Origin: Mobula hypostoma
Lineage: Eukaryota
Assembly (NCBI RefSeq): GCF_963921235.1
Contig: NC_086114.1
Location: 48,980,001-49,044,000, forward strand
Direction: 5' to 3'
DNA: 64,000 nt
Shown here: positions 13,156-26,133 of the stretch, piece by piece
Position numbering within the stretch: the stretch's first letter is position 1
Layout: the number at the start of each line of letters is the position of its first letter
Made by a program: the position numbers and the translations under genes
Notes under the pieces: generated by a model
The model's input: only the letters and a program-made list of their open reading frames with translations
Databases searched by the model: none
What the model was told of the DNA's origin: nothing

Positions 13156-14289
13156 CTGAAGCCAGAGATACAAACAGAATAATGGACTCCTCTGGATAAA
13201 AACTAGGTCAGAGAATGTACAACATTTACAAAGCTCCTCTAATTTTTTATGACAACAATAACTTACATCTATATGGCCTCCCTGAATTGCGGTGAAATTA
13301 GCAGGATGCTTCACAGGAGCGTTATTGAACACCTTCAGCCAACAAAAGTTCAGGATGCTGGTTCCATTTCAACACTTAAGAGAAATTTGGATAAGTTCAT
13401 GGATGGCAGGGGCAAGGAGGGCTATGGTCCAGGTGCACATCGATGTGACTGGGCAGAATTATAGCTCAGCACAGACCAGATCAGTCAAAGGGCCTGTTTC
13501 TGTGTTGTAATCTTCCATGACTTCTGAGTTGGCATGGAGAGTTTGGGCCATGCTGCCCATCCTGTCTGACTCCATGACAATTTGACAGAGACCCACATAA
13601 GAAGGTTTCAGGACAAATGACATAAAATAAATCAAAAAACGTGGGTTTTAAAGATTTTTTTTAAAAAGAGAAGAGGCTGTGTGAAGGATTGAAAGGGTTA
13701 AAAGCCTCCTGAGCTGAAGGCGTGATCAATTGAGATCAAAAGTGTACAGGAATTGAGAACTGGATGGAATGAAGTTGGTCATTCCCATGAAGATTCCTGG
13801 GAGATTTTACCACATTACAGAGGCTAAAGGGGATGAGAGGTGTGAAGTTGAAGGATAAAGACAAGGGCTGGAATGGGAAAAGTTACTTACTCTAATTTAG
13901 GCTGTCAATAATAGAAACTCACACTGAATCAGTAAGACTCCCACATCCAATACTGGGCTGCAAAGCAGTAGTCTCTCACTGTCTCCTGGGATGTGGTGTT
14001 CCAGTGACATCTACTGCCAATGAATAATATTGCATTCACCTGCAGACATGACCAGCCCCCTTTATAACATTATGATGTGTGAATGCATACAGGCTTTTTC
14101 CCATCAGGACCTGTGAAACTAAAACTAAAGGTCATACATAGGTTTAAGATGAAAGGCGAAATATGTAACAGGAATTTGAGGGTGAAATGCTCTAGGCAGA
14201 GGGAACTGCGAGTGTGGAACAAGCTGCCTTGGGAACTGGTGATTGCGGGTTCAAATGAAACAGTTAAGAAAACTTTGAATAGATACCTA

Positions 14290-14788
14290 CAGTGCTGTGC
14301 AATAGTCTTAGGCACAAAATACAGATCAGGCGCCTAAGACATTCGCACAGTACCATAGTAATGTTATGTAATGCACTGTATTACTGCCGCAAAAAGAAAC
14401 AAATTTCATAACATATGTGAGTGATGACAAACCTGATTCTGATATGCGTCCATATGATGGACTGAGAGTGGGAAGTGGGCAGGGAGAGGGGAAAATGAGA
14501 GGGGAGAGAGTGAGAAGCATCAGATGTTCTGTAATGATGAATAAACCAATTACCTGGAATCAAGTAACATTGCCTGGTGTCTCAGGGCTGGGTGTATCTG
14601 TACCAATGTCACCTCATACCCCTGGCACCCTACACTCCTTCTCTCCCACAGCACTCCACCCTCCCCATTCCCAACATCATTTGCTCCTGCCAGACTGGCA
14701 AACTCAGTCTCCACTCCACGTTGACAAATACAGCGCTGTGCAGTGAGCCGAACTATATATTTGTGCCTAAGACTTTTGCACACAACTG
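14290..14788 (+). mobile_element. ~500-bp composite element bounded by two tiny palindromic Tc1-like MITEs
   Basis: Mini-MITEs at 14290-14353 and 14731-14788 (consensus CAGTACTGTGCAAAAGTCTTAGGCA..TGCCTAAGACTTTTGCACAGTACTG), TA flanks. The body is shared with 53453-53922 and 38779-38975. Confidence 0.6.
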
Positions 14789-15439
14789 TATATAGGATGG
14801 TAGATGGGAATTAGACTGGGTTGGCACCTACCGGAAGGGCCAAAGGGCCTCTTTCTGTGCTGTAGTACTCTTTTACAGACAGTAATTTAACTTCGTTTAT
14901 GAATCCAAACAGGAGTAGGCCACTCGGCCTCTCAGGTCTGCCCTGCCAGTCAGTACAATCACGGCTGATTGGACTGTAACTTGAGCTCTGCTCTCTGGTA
15001 CGCTTTGCTCATCATGGTCCATCTACCTCTGCCTTAAACAAATTCTGTTTCCACAGCTCTTAGAGGGAAAGAGTTCCAAAGATTGACAAATCTCTGAAAG
15101 AAAAAAATCATCTTGCTTCTGTATTAAATAGGTGAGCCTTTATTTTTTAAACACTGCACCCCAGCTCCAGGTTTCTTTTAAGTAAACACCCCATTACAAC
15201 ACACAGAAAATGCTGGTGGAACTCAGCAGGTCAGGAGGGGAATGAACAGTTGATGGTTGGGCTGAGTCCCTTCATCAGGACTGGAAAGGAAGTGAGAAGA
15301 AGTCAGAATAAGGAGGTGGAGGTAAGAGAAGGAGTATAAGCTGGCAGGTGATAAATGAGAGCAGGTGAGGGAGAAGATGGGTGTGTGGGGGAGTGGGGAC
15401 AAGGTAAGATTCTGGGAAGGGATAGGCAGAAGAGACAAA

Positions 15440-16757
15440 TGTCATGGTCCGGTCCGTGAAGTCCGTATTCCGGTTCATGGTCCGGTTCATCGACCCTTGC
15501 TCCAGGTTTTCCTGTCTACCCTGTTTCTGTTCTTGTTGAGCTCTAATTGTGGCAGCTGATGTTCGTTGGGGCTGGCTGCATAAGTACCTTCAGTGACCAG
15601 GGCGTGGCTGCTGGATTGTTCTTGTCCTTACTCCTTGTATCCCTTCCTCTGCCTTCTGTTTCCTCGCCTGAAGCTCTGCCTTGTCTTGCCGGTAACTCTC
15701 ACCTCGCCTGAAGTTCTCGTCTCGTCTCGCCTTGCTTTGCCAGAAGCCTTGCCTTGTCTTGCTGATAACTCTCGCCTCGTCTCGCCTGCAGTCATGTCCT
15801 GGAGCCACCCTGTACCTAGCTCCCTTCCTGTCCCTTGCCTCCGTCGGGTAAGCCAGGCCGCCTTGCCGTTACCTGCGGTTGGTTCTGTCCCTTCCTGTCC
15901 CTTGCCTCCGTCGGGTGGAGATCCGCGCCCTGCCCAGGAGTACCGTGCCCTGCCCAGGAGCTTCCAGTCTCCTGCCTCCAGCCTCTCCTCGCCTCAAGTC
16001 TCCTGCCTCCAGCCTCCAGCCTTGCTTCCTCAAGTCTCCTGCCTCCAGCCTCGCCTCGCCTCAGGTCTCCTGCCTCCAGCCTCGCCTCGCCTCAGGTCTC
16101 CTGCCTCCAGCCTCCAGCCTCGCCTCGCCTCAGGTCTCCTGCCTCCAGCCTCGCCTCGCCTCAGGTCTCCTGCCTCCAGCCTCCAGCCTCACCTCGCCTC
16201 AGGTCTCCTGCCTCCAGCCTCGCCTCGCCTCAGGTCTCCTGCCTCCAGCCTCCAGCCTCGCCTCGCCTCAGTTCTCCTGCCTCCAGCCTCCAGCCTCGCC
16301 TCACCTCAGTTCTCCTGCCTCCAGCCTCCAGCCTCGCCTCAGGTCTCTAGCCTCTAGCCTCAAGCCTGAAGACTCCAGCCTCCTGCCTCCTACCAAGCCT
16401 CGCCTCAAGTCTCTAGCCTCAAGCCTGAAGACTCCAGCCTCCTGCCTCCTGCCAAGCCTCGCCTCAAGCCTCTAGCTTCAAGCCTGAAGACTCCAGTCTC
16501 ATTCCGCCTGCCAGCCAAGCCTCGTCCTTGCCTAGTTCTGGGGTCCGAGCCAGAGGCAAGACCCAGGTACTGGGTCCTTGTCTAGTCTCTGGCTCGGAGT
16601 CCAAGCCCGGGCTCCTAGCTCTCTTGTCCAGTCCTGTTCCGGGTTCCCGGTTTTCGTGTTCATGACCTTGCCCTCACCGTGTATCCTAGTCCTGTCCCTA
16701 GTACTTCCATGTCTGTGTCTTGCACTTGGGTCCATTTCCAGCCACCCCCGTATGACA
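15440..16757 (+). mobile_element. Solo LTR (1318 bp) with internal minisatellite expansion
   Basis: TGTCAT...ATGACA ends; perfect 5-bp TSD ACAAA (15435-15439, 16758-16762). It splits a Penelope-like tail that resumes in register after the TSD. Confidence 0.85.
15965..16500 (+). repeat. C-rich minisatellite built from gcctcgcctcaggtctcctgcctcca / gcctcca modules
   Basis: Many near-identical variable-length units, grading into a second unit type (caagcctgaagactccagcct) near 16360-16500. Confidence 0.9.
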
Positions 16758-17639
16758 ACAAAAGGCTGTAGAAGAAGAAATCGGATAGAACAGTGCGCCA
16801 TGGAAGAAGGGGAAGGAGGACCAGAAACAGGGGGAGATGATGGGCAGGTGAAGAGCACAGAAAGAGTGAGAGGGTAACCAGAGTGGGGAATAGGGAAAAG
16901 AGAGAAGGGAGGAGGGGGCAAAATTACCAGAATTTCGAGAAGTTGATGTTCATGCCATCAGGTTGGAGGCAACCCAGATGGAATATGAGGCTTTACTCTG
17001 CCTACCCAAGTTTGGCATCACTGTGGCAGTACAGTATCTCCATATTCATTGTTTCAAGATCCCTCTTACACGTTTCAATCAAGTCGCTCTTAATCTTCCA
17101 AACTCCTACAGATATAAGCTCAGCCTGTCTAACTTTTCCTCCAAAGCCAATTTGCCTATACGAACTATACGTAAACTTTTCTCTGAGTAGCTTCCAATGA
17201 ATATTTACAGTAGCATAGCAATGACAGCGCCAGCAACTGTGTTCAATTCCACCGCTATCTGTAAGCAGTTTGTACGCTCTCTGCGTGACCACATGGATTT
17301 CCTCAGGGTGCTCCAATTCCTTCCGCAATCCAAAGATGTATGGGTTAGTAGGTTAATTGGGCAGATGGCTGTAAATGTGAGGGGTGGGAGGAATTGTGGA
17401 CTAGAAGGGCCAGTGTCTAAGTGAAAAAAAACATTAAAAATAAAATAAAACTTGTATCCCAAAATAAAAATATATTAAAAATAAAATTATTGGTCCTTAC
17501 CATTATTAAAACTAAGCAAATAGCTAATCATATTTCATCTCCAGTAAATTCAGGTTATCGGTCTCTGCCATACTCGTAATGTATACGCTTTAGATCCAGC
17601 TATGTTGGCTCTTCGAGCTCAGTGATTGAGCAAATGACT

Positions 17640-19990
17640 AACAGGAAGAGATAAGACAGAGGTCTGTGAGTGTCAGTGATCAGGAGTGAGTGCCATTGCT
17701 ATTACAAAGGAAAAAGTGCTAGGCAAACTCAAGGTGGATAAGTCACCCGGGCCAGACGGACAGCATCGTAGAGTCCTAAAAGAGGTTGCTGAAGAGATAA
17801 CGGATGTACTGGTCATGATCTTTCAAGAATCACTTGATTCTGGCATTGTCCCAGAGGACTGGAAAATTGCAAATATCACTCAACTCTTTAAGAAGGGAAG
17901 AAAGCAAAAGAAAGGGAATTATAGGCCAATTAGCCCAGTGGTCCCCAACCACCGGGCCGCAAAGCATATACAAAGCATTCCGCGAGTAAACGATATGATT
18001 TGGCGATATGAAACGATATGAGTCAGCTGCACCTTTCCTCATTCCCTGTCACGCACCGTTGAACTTGAAATAACCTACCAAATGATACCAAATAACATAT
18101 AAAACCTAAAATAACACTAATGTATAGTAAAAGCAGGAATGATATGATAAATACACAGCCTATATGAAGTAGAAATAATGTATGTACAGTGTAGTTTCAC
18201 TTAACAGAATCGGAAAGATTAAGCCAAAACCGATTTGTAGAAAAAAACTGGCACATACACGCATGCGCACGTCACATACACGCACGTCACACATGCGCAC
18301 ACAGGTGCCCGCGCAAGGCTTCATGGTCATGGTAGTCTTTCTCGGGGTAAACACAAGTGTCCTGTATTTGACTGCTACTTTTGTCCCTTATTTGGGAGTG
18401 AGAAAGTTGGCAACCCTACTTGAATAAACCCACCCCACCCCCATCGGCCAGTCCGCAAGTATATTGTCAAAATTAAACCTGTCCGCGGTGCAAAAGAGGT
18501 TGGGGACCCCTGAATTAGCCTAACCTCAGTGGGTGGGGAAGTGTTGGAGTCTATTGTTAAGGATGAAATTTTGGGGTACTTGGAGACTAATGATAAAATA
18601 TAGTCAGAGTCAGCATGGTTTCTGTAAAGGGAAACCTTGCCTGACAAATCTGTTAGAGTTTTTTGAGGAAGTGAAAAGCAGTGTGGAAAAGGAAAGGCAG
18701 TGAATGTCATTTACTTGGATTTTCAGAAAGCATTCGATACGGTACCACACATAAGGCTGCTTAAAAAGATACAATCCTGTGGCGTAACAGGAAAGATACT
18801 GGTATGGATAGAGGACTGTTTGGCAGGAGGCAGAGAGTGGGAATAAATAGGGTCTTTTCTGGTTGGCTGCCAGTGACTAGTAGTGTTCCTCAGGGGTCAG
18901 TATTGAAACTGCTACTTTTCATATTGTTAGACAATGATTTGGATAATGGAATTGAGGGTTTTGTGGCAAAGCTTGCAGATGATACGAAGGTAGGTGGAGG
19001 GATAGGTAGTGTTGAGGAAGCAATGTGATTGTAACGGGACTTAAGACAAATTGGAAGAATAGGCAAAAGAGTGGCAGATGGAATAGTGTTAGGAAATGTA
19101 TGATAATGCATTTTGGTGAAAGGAACGATGTTGCAGACTATTATCTAAATGGGGAGAAGTTTCAAACATCAGAGGTATAGAGAGACTTCTTTCCAAAGTA
19201 GGGGAATTAAGGATGAATCTATGGCCAGATCAGCCATGATCTTATTGAATGGTGGAGCAGGCTTGATGGGCCAGATGACCGACTCCTGCTCCTACTTCTT
19301 AAGTTCTTATGTTCTTATGAATTAGGAGTCCTCCTGCAAGATCCCCAGAAGGCTAATCTACAAGTTGGGTCTGTGGTAAAGAAGGCAACTGCGATGATGG
19401 CATTTATTTCAAGAAGAATAGAATATAAAAGTAAGGAGATAATGCTGAGCCTTTATAAGACAATAGTCAGGCCACATTTGGAGTATTGTCAGCAGTTTTG
19501 GGCCCCATATTTCAGAAAGGATTATTCTAGGAATGAAGGGGTTAACATATGAGGAAAACCTGGCAGCTGTGGGCCTGTACTCACTGGAATTAGAAGAATG
19601 CAAGGGGGGTGGGATCTCATTGAAACCTACTGAATATTGAAAGGGCTAGATAGGGTCAATATGGTGAGGATGTTTCCTATGGTGGGGGTATCCAGAACTA
19701 GAGGGCACAGCCTCAAAATTGAGGGGTAACCTTTTAGAGCAGAGGTAAGGAGAAATTTTTTTTAGCCAGAGAATACTGAATCTGTGGAATGCTCTGCCAC
19801 AGCATGCAGTGGAGGCCAAGCCCATGGGTATATTTAAGGTGGAAGTTGATAGTTTACTGATTCATCAGGGCATCAAAGGATATGGTGAGGAGGCAGGTGT
19901 ATGGAGTTCAGTGGGATCCAGTATCAGCTATGGTGAAGCAGACTCGATGGGCTGATTGGCCAAATTCTGCTCCTATGTCTTATGGTCTTA
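17640..19990 (+). mobile_element. CR1 LINE 3' half (RT to tail), interrupted by the hAT MITE
   Basis: KSPGPDGQHRRVLKE, DFQKAFD, AKLADDTK motifs and CR1 tail. Confidence 0.85.
17936..18512. mobile_element. hAT (Charlie-like) MITE, 577 bp, carrying part of a second hAT MITE
   Basis: TIRs CAGTGGTCCCCAACC / GGTTGGGGACCCCTG; perfect 8-bp TSD AATTAGCC (17928-17935, 18513-18520) inside a CR1 RT region. Confidence 0.9.
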
Positions 19991-22412
19991 TAGCAGCAGA
20001 AGCTAGCTTGAAGGCTTGAATTGGAAATTAAAAGTAACTTGAGACAGACTGAGTGGAGTACAAGTATCTAGTGCCCAACGATGGTGCACAAGTATCCTAA
20101 AGTCTGATGGTACACACGTCTCAGTTTTCCATTCTAAACCTAATGGGTTAGAAGGTGCTTCTAATCCATTATTTCCAAGAGTAGATGGTCTCCTTCAATC
20201 GTCTGTGTTTTCTCTTCTGTTGCTGATTGGTGGGTTGGAGTTCTGAGGGGGCGATGTGTTGGTTTTATTCAAGGGAGGGGTTAGGAATATAAGGTCTGAT
20301 GTTCTTGTTGGTTTTTCTGTGTGGCAATCTGCTGGTTTTTGTATGTAGGAGAGGGGGTTGGAGGTTTGGGGCTGTTGGCACTGTCCTTTTTTGCAGAGGG
20401 TGTTGAGGCTTTGTTGTCATTTTTTTTGAGAGGGAGGGAGTTGGGAGTTTGGAGTTTTTGATGATTCTGCTGCCGTTTTCTCTGTTGGCAATCTGTTGGT
20501 TTTTGTGTGTTGTAGAGGGGGTGGTTTGATGGCTTTTTTGTGGTGAGGGGTTTGATGGCTTTTCTTTCAATGGCTCTCATGTTTTTTCTGTATTTCATGG
20601 CTATCTGGAGAAGGTGAATATCAGAGTTGTATTGTACATGCATACTTTGACAATAAAATGAACCTTCGAACCTTGACAAACGGCCTGTGTGTACATCTGA
20701 TTGGTGGTGTGTTGAATAATCTCCTACAACACCTCCTCACACACTTGTGTTTGCTGTGAAACAATAACACAAAAAAATGCTACAATTTTATGATCCGGGA
20801 CTGTCAGAACTTGTCTAAGCAGTCACAGCGCCAATTTTTCTCAATGCAACCCCTGTAACATTGAGTCTGCAACACAGGGCCTGTATTGTTTGTAGTCTTC
20901 CCCAGCCAACTTTAAAGCAGTACAGAACAGAAACAGGCTCTTTAGCCCACAGTAAACTTCCTTTCAGGCAGTAAGTTTGAATTATTATCCTATGCAAGAT
21001 ATTTCAAACATTTACCTATCTCTGGCTTACTATTTCTCCACCAACCTTGGAGTCAGAGAACCCCAGAGGTTCACTGCACTCTGAGAGAAGCTGCTTCTAT
21101 GTACTTTAGTTTTAAATTAGCAGCCCTTTACTTGGTAACTACATCTCTTTGCTCCTAAACTCCAGTGAAAACATTTCAACATCTGCCCAGTGAAACCCTT
21201 TTGAGATCTTTTATTTTGAATTAAGTCACCTCTCATTCTTCTAAATGCCAAAATGTCATTAAATGCCATTCTTCTCACTGCCTGGCCTCTCTCGATAGAA
21301 CAATGCCTGATGGAAAATGTCAATGCACTGGGAGTCATTAATTAAAATAGCTGCCTTCATTTCTGCTCATTCACTTGTGGGCGATACCAGTATTTGTCCA
21401 GCCCAAGTTGTCCCTGACCAAGTGGCAAGTTTGGAATAAACCAACTGATGGGTATGGAGTCACATCTGGGACCCGACTGCATAAGAACAGAAGATTTCCT
21501 TTCATGAAGTGAAATTAGTGAACTTGATGGGCTTTCAACCACAATCGAGCAGTTCATTACTGTAGCAACAAACAATATCAGTGGGAGGAAAGGAATTGTC
21601 AATGTTTTGGGTTTTAACCTGCATCACAATCATGTATAATTCCTTTCCTTCCACTGACGCTGTTGCTGCAATACTGTGTTTGTTGCTCCAGATTCCAACA
21701 TTTGCGGTCACTAATGTCTCCCAGTACATCAGATGCAAAGGCTTCTCAATTTACAGGATGAACCAAACTGCTGATTTGGAAATCACTAGATTCAGGATCA
21801 GTTATTACCCCTCAATCATCAAGCTGTTGAAACAAAAGGGGATAACTTCACTCAATTTACCCCATCACTAAAATGTTCCCACAACCTATAGACTCACTTT
21901 TAACAACTCTTCATCTCATGCTCTCAATATTTATTGTTTATTTATTTATTATTTATTTATTTATTTATTTTTGTATTTGCACAGTTTGTTGCCTTGTGCA
22001 CACTAGTTGAATGCCCAGTTGGTGTGGTCTTTAATTGAGTCTATTATGGTTATTATTCTATTATGGATTTATTGAGTATACCCACAAGAAAATGCATCTC
22101 AGGGTCATATATAGTGACACATAGGTACTTTGATAGGAAATTTATTTTGAACTTCATAACTGTCACTGGTATTTTATTTTACAAATTTCCGGTAAGCAGT
22201 TTTTACAGGGGCTATTAACATTTAACACAGACTAGTACAATACAGGAACAGACCCTTAGGCCCACAATGTTATGCCAAACTAATTAACCTGGTAATTAAA
22301 CTAGTTCCTCTACCTACACAATCCATCTATCACTGCATATCCATGTGCTTATCTAAGAGCTTTTTCAAAATCTCTATCATATCTGGCTCCAGCACCAACA
22401 CTGGTAGCTCAT

Positions 22413-22510
22413 GCAACACACATCAAAGTTGCTGGTGAACGCAGCAGGCCAGGCAGCATCTCTAGGAAGAGGTACAGTCGACGTTTCAGGCCGAGACCCT
22501 TCGTCAGGAC
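22413..22510 (-). mobile_element. 98-bp Penelope-like mini-insertion (hammerhead motif + tail)
   Basis: Flanked by 7-bp TSD AGCTCAT (22406-22412, 22511-22517) inside a CR1 tail; starts exactly at hammerhead stem I. Confidence 0.8.
22477..22510 (-). ncRNA. Minimal type I hammerhead ribozyme motif, intact core
   Basis: GUC-CUGACGA-AGG[GUCUCGG]CCU-GAAAC-GUC^GAC: stem I GUC/GAC, core CUGANGA, stem II, GAAA, loopless palindromic stem III ACGU, GUC cleavage triplet. Activity not tested. Confidence 0.7.
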
Positions 22511-24219
22511 AGCTCATTCCAGGCATGCACCAACCACTCCCTGTACAAACATTTGACCTGCACATGTCCTTTGAATTTACTCTCTCTCACTTTAAATGCC
22601 TGCTCTCCTGTAATAAATATTGTAACTCTGAGGAAAGGATAACAGCTGTCTACCCTATCCCCTAATCTTTTCTATCAGGTATCCCCTCAGCCTCTATCAT
22701 TCCCACTTCCGAGCAAACAACCTATTTTTGTCCAACCTTTTTTCATAGCACATGCCTTCTAATCCACAGAGGCTCCTGGTAAACCTCTTCTGCACCCTCT
22801 CCAAAGCTTCCACATCCTTCCTATAACAGAGCAACCAGAAATGGATGCTGTAGTCTGGTTTGGCCTAACAGAGCATGATAAAACTACACCATAATTTCCT
22901 GACTATTGAACTCGATGTCACAACTAATAAAAGACCAGCATACCATGCACTTTCATTATCACCCAGTCGACTTGTACAGCCATTAGGTATGTGCAGGTAT
23001 TAACCAGGTGATGGAGTGTCGAAGTTGGCTGGTAAGGAAAGTCAATACCTGCTTTTGCATGAGTGTGCAGGAGACTGGCTTATCACCTGTGCAGAAAGCA
23101 TCCTCCCCAAGCAAACCTGAAGCAGCAGATCAGGCAAGGGAAAAGTTCCTACAACAGGTTTTACAGGCAGACCTTCCCATGTGGATAAGATTAGATTTAT
23201 TTGTGACATCTACATCAAAATATCAAAAATGCATCATTTACATCAAATCAAATTAAGAAGGATTGTGCCAGGCAGCCATAAGTGTCACCAAGATTCCAGT
23301 GCCAACATGCTATGCCCACATCTCACTAACCCTAGCCCGTACATCTTTGGAATGTGGGAGGAAACTGGAGCAGCCAGAGGCCAACAGTCATGGGGAGAAA
23401 GTGCAAACTCTTTACAGACAGTGGCACAATTGATCCCAGGTAGCTAGCGCTGTATTAGCGGTACGCTACCGTGAAGCGCCAGAGATCAGACAAAGGTGAC
23501 ACCTCAGACAGGAATTGCACATGCAGCAGTGGAGGAGTTGGCATCACTTTGCGAGGTTCTAGTTAACTGCAGATGATGAACCTAACCCATACCTAGGATT
23601 CCCTTCAAGGTTGGCAACTGCTAACAGTCCCCACTTTTGAAGCCTCTCAGGCTTCAGCATTCTATGTATTGTAACTGAAAAAGACATGAGACAATTGAGC
23701 CAGAATAAGGCCACACTGAACAGAGGAGCAACACTTCATGCTCTATCTGAAAACCTGAACGTGAATTTCTCTCTTCCATTAACCCTTCCCCTCTATTCCT
23801 CCACCCTCACATTTCTGTTTATCCCCATTCTGGTGGCTCTCTCCTCCCCCACCCTCATGATTTACCTATCACCTCCCTCTGGTTTCCCACTACCTTCCTT
23901 TATTCAATGCTTCAGTGCCCCCTCCTATCGGATACCTCTTTCACCTATCACCTCCCAGTCTCTCACATCATCCACCTTCCCCCTCTCCTGGTGAGACCTA
24001 TCTTCTGCTGGATCATGATCTTCACCCTCCCTCACTTTCTTATTCTGGTTTCTGCCCCCTTCCTTTCCCATCCTAATGGGGGGGGGTCTCCACCAAAAAC
24101 ATGCACAGCTTACTTCCCTCCATAGATGCTGCTGAGTTCCTTCAACACTTTTGTGTGTGTTGCTCAAGATCTGCAGCGTCAGAATCTCTTGTATCTCTGA
24201 TTGAAGCACCTGTTGTTTC

Positions 24220-25195
24220 ATTGGATTTCTGTCATTGAACCAGAGGGAATTCTACAGTGCAGAATCCCATATCCTTCAAGCACATTACTCTATTATTTTC
24301 CCTTTTACATCTAGCATGATGCAGTTACTAATCCACTGCATATTAATGGAACTGAAGGATGGCTTTTGGGACAGGTCCAGATGAATATGTAAGACTCCTT
24401 GTAGGCCAGAATCCTGCTGCCACAATTTGCTGTCAGCTTGCCTCACTTTATATTTGGCAAGTTAATGACATTTAATATTGAAGAGAGTCTGTATTTCACT
24501 AATTATGGGCACACGTGGGTCTGACAAAATGATGGACAAGATGGATGCTTGGGTGATCGTGAAGTTTGGGTCTGTCAATCTTTTGATTTAACCTCAATCT
24601 GACAAGACAGAGGACTGATACATCCCACATCAATCTCACAATCCTGCCTTTTATATTCATTCTGCTTCATTTGGTGTGTATTAAGAAACACAAAGTGAAA
24701 TAGTTTTCCTTGAACTTAGAGTGTTAAGTGGAACTTTTCAAATCTAATAAACCAAGGAACATCATCACTTTTGATCAACAGTGTTTCTATCTAATTACTC
24801 ATTTAAATTTAATTGATTAGAGATGTCCAAAGGTTAAGATAACTTTGTACAGACTTGAAGATGAAGAATCCTTTCAGCTAATCCACCACCGACAAAGTCA
24901 AGAAGACCTGTTTTACAAAGTCTTTTTGTGAAGCAGATATTTCTACCTCTATTATTTGTGATGCACTGATCTCTGTGCATTTTGCCAGCAGACTGATTCT
25001 GATAACATGCGAGCAAGCTTGGGAAACTAGTGCGAACACAGACATTCCAAAGATACCGGGCAAACTCATGTGGCAATCTCCCAGATGTGCTCCACCACTG
25101 GATTTTACATAGTCGCCAGCTATAGGGCAGGGACTTGTACAAATCTCACCAGTCGCTAGATCCGTGAGTCCTTTCACTGTGACAGGAATTTAGAA
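24220..25195 (-). other. Probable terminal 3' UTR exon of CD276 (lower boundary approximate)
   Basis: Strong acceptor with branch-like motif ataactaacgtacttctctgcacag| at 25195. It is followed by about 1 kb of non-repetitive sequence, unusual for this window. No long ORF in the spliced phase; poly(A) site not identified. Confidence 0.4.
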
Positions 25196-26133
25196 CTGTG
25201 CAGAGAAGTACGTTAGTTATATTTTAACATAACTTTCTTTTGCATTTGTTGATTTCATTTTAAATAATTTTAAAATACTCCTGGGACAGACGGCAGCAAT
25301 GATAAAAAGATCATTTATCCCCAATCTGGGCAGTTTTTCTCTCTCCACTGAGGCTATCTGACCTGCCGGCCGAGTACAGAAAAAGCCCTCCCCACCATTG
25401 ACCACATTTAATAGAAGCACTGATGTCAACAGTGCTGACCATGCAGACCATGCTCTCTTCCCACTGCTGCCATCGGGAAGACCCTACAGCAGCCTTAGGT
25501 CCCACACAACCAGGTTCAGGTAGTTATTACTCTTTCACCATCAGGATACTGAACCAGAGTGGATATCTTCACACACCTCAACACTGAACTGATTCCACAA
25601 CATATGGACTCACTTTCCGGGACTCTGTAGCTCATGTTTTTAGTGTTGTTTATTTACATTTTTATTAGTATTATTTTATATGTGTTTTTGTATTTGTATG
25701 GTTTGTCTTTTGCACATTGTTGGTTAGTCTTTGAGTGAAGATTGTCATCGATTCTGCTGCATTTCTTTGTTCCACTGTGAATGCGTGCAACAAAATGATT
25801 CTCAGGGTATTATATGGTGATATACTACTTTAATCGTAAATGTGCTTTGAAATTTGAACTTTGAGAATTTGCAATATTCTCCTCTGTTTTGGAAATCTGG
25901 CAAATCACAATCTGTCTCTCACAGTTCCAGTGATGTTTGCTTTACTCGCTCCCATCTGCCCTCGTTCATATTCTCTGTTTACACCTCCTCCAGACAGATC
26001 AGGTATGATGAGTAGACATTCGCCTCTCTCCCTTTCACAGCACTAATACATCCATCATCTGGACTCCCTTGTTGTCTGCCCATCTCCGGAACTCACTGTT
26101 CTCTCCACCCCTCTGCCAATCAAAACACACTTA

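Larger units (their letters stand above)
15200..17030 (-). mobile_element. Penelope-like 3' fragment split by the 15440 solo LTR
   Basis: Tail at 15200-15439 (CTGATGAAGGG motif near 15270) and GIY-YIG-end region at 16763-17030. Confidence 0.65.

Noticed and set aside
15593-16475. Three long overlapping plus-strand ORFs (254, 171, 198 aa)
   Set aside because: They run through the C-rich LTR minisatellite, whose units lack stop codons; low-complexity products.
20265-20679. Two minus ORFs rich in K/P/Q/T
   Set aside because: Antisense of a GT-rich retroposon 3' region with internal duplications.
21031-21080. Minus-strand exon-like ECSEPLGFSDSKVGGEI resembling the CD276 cytoplasmic tail
   Set aside because: The DNA matches the CR1 3' region (gtgaatctgtggaattctctg-like) and the exit phase does not fit; chance similarity.
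23594-23675. Minus-strand exon candidate TIHRMLKPERLQKWGLLAVANLEGNP
   Set aside because: Good splice motifs but no homology or phase-consistent context; may be UTR or intergenic.
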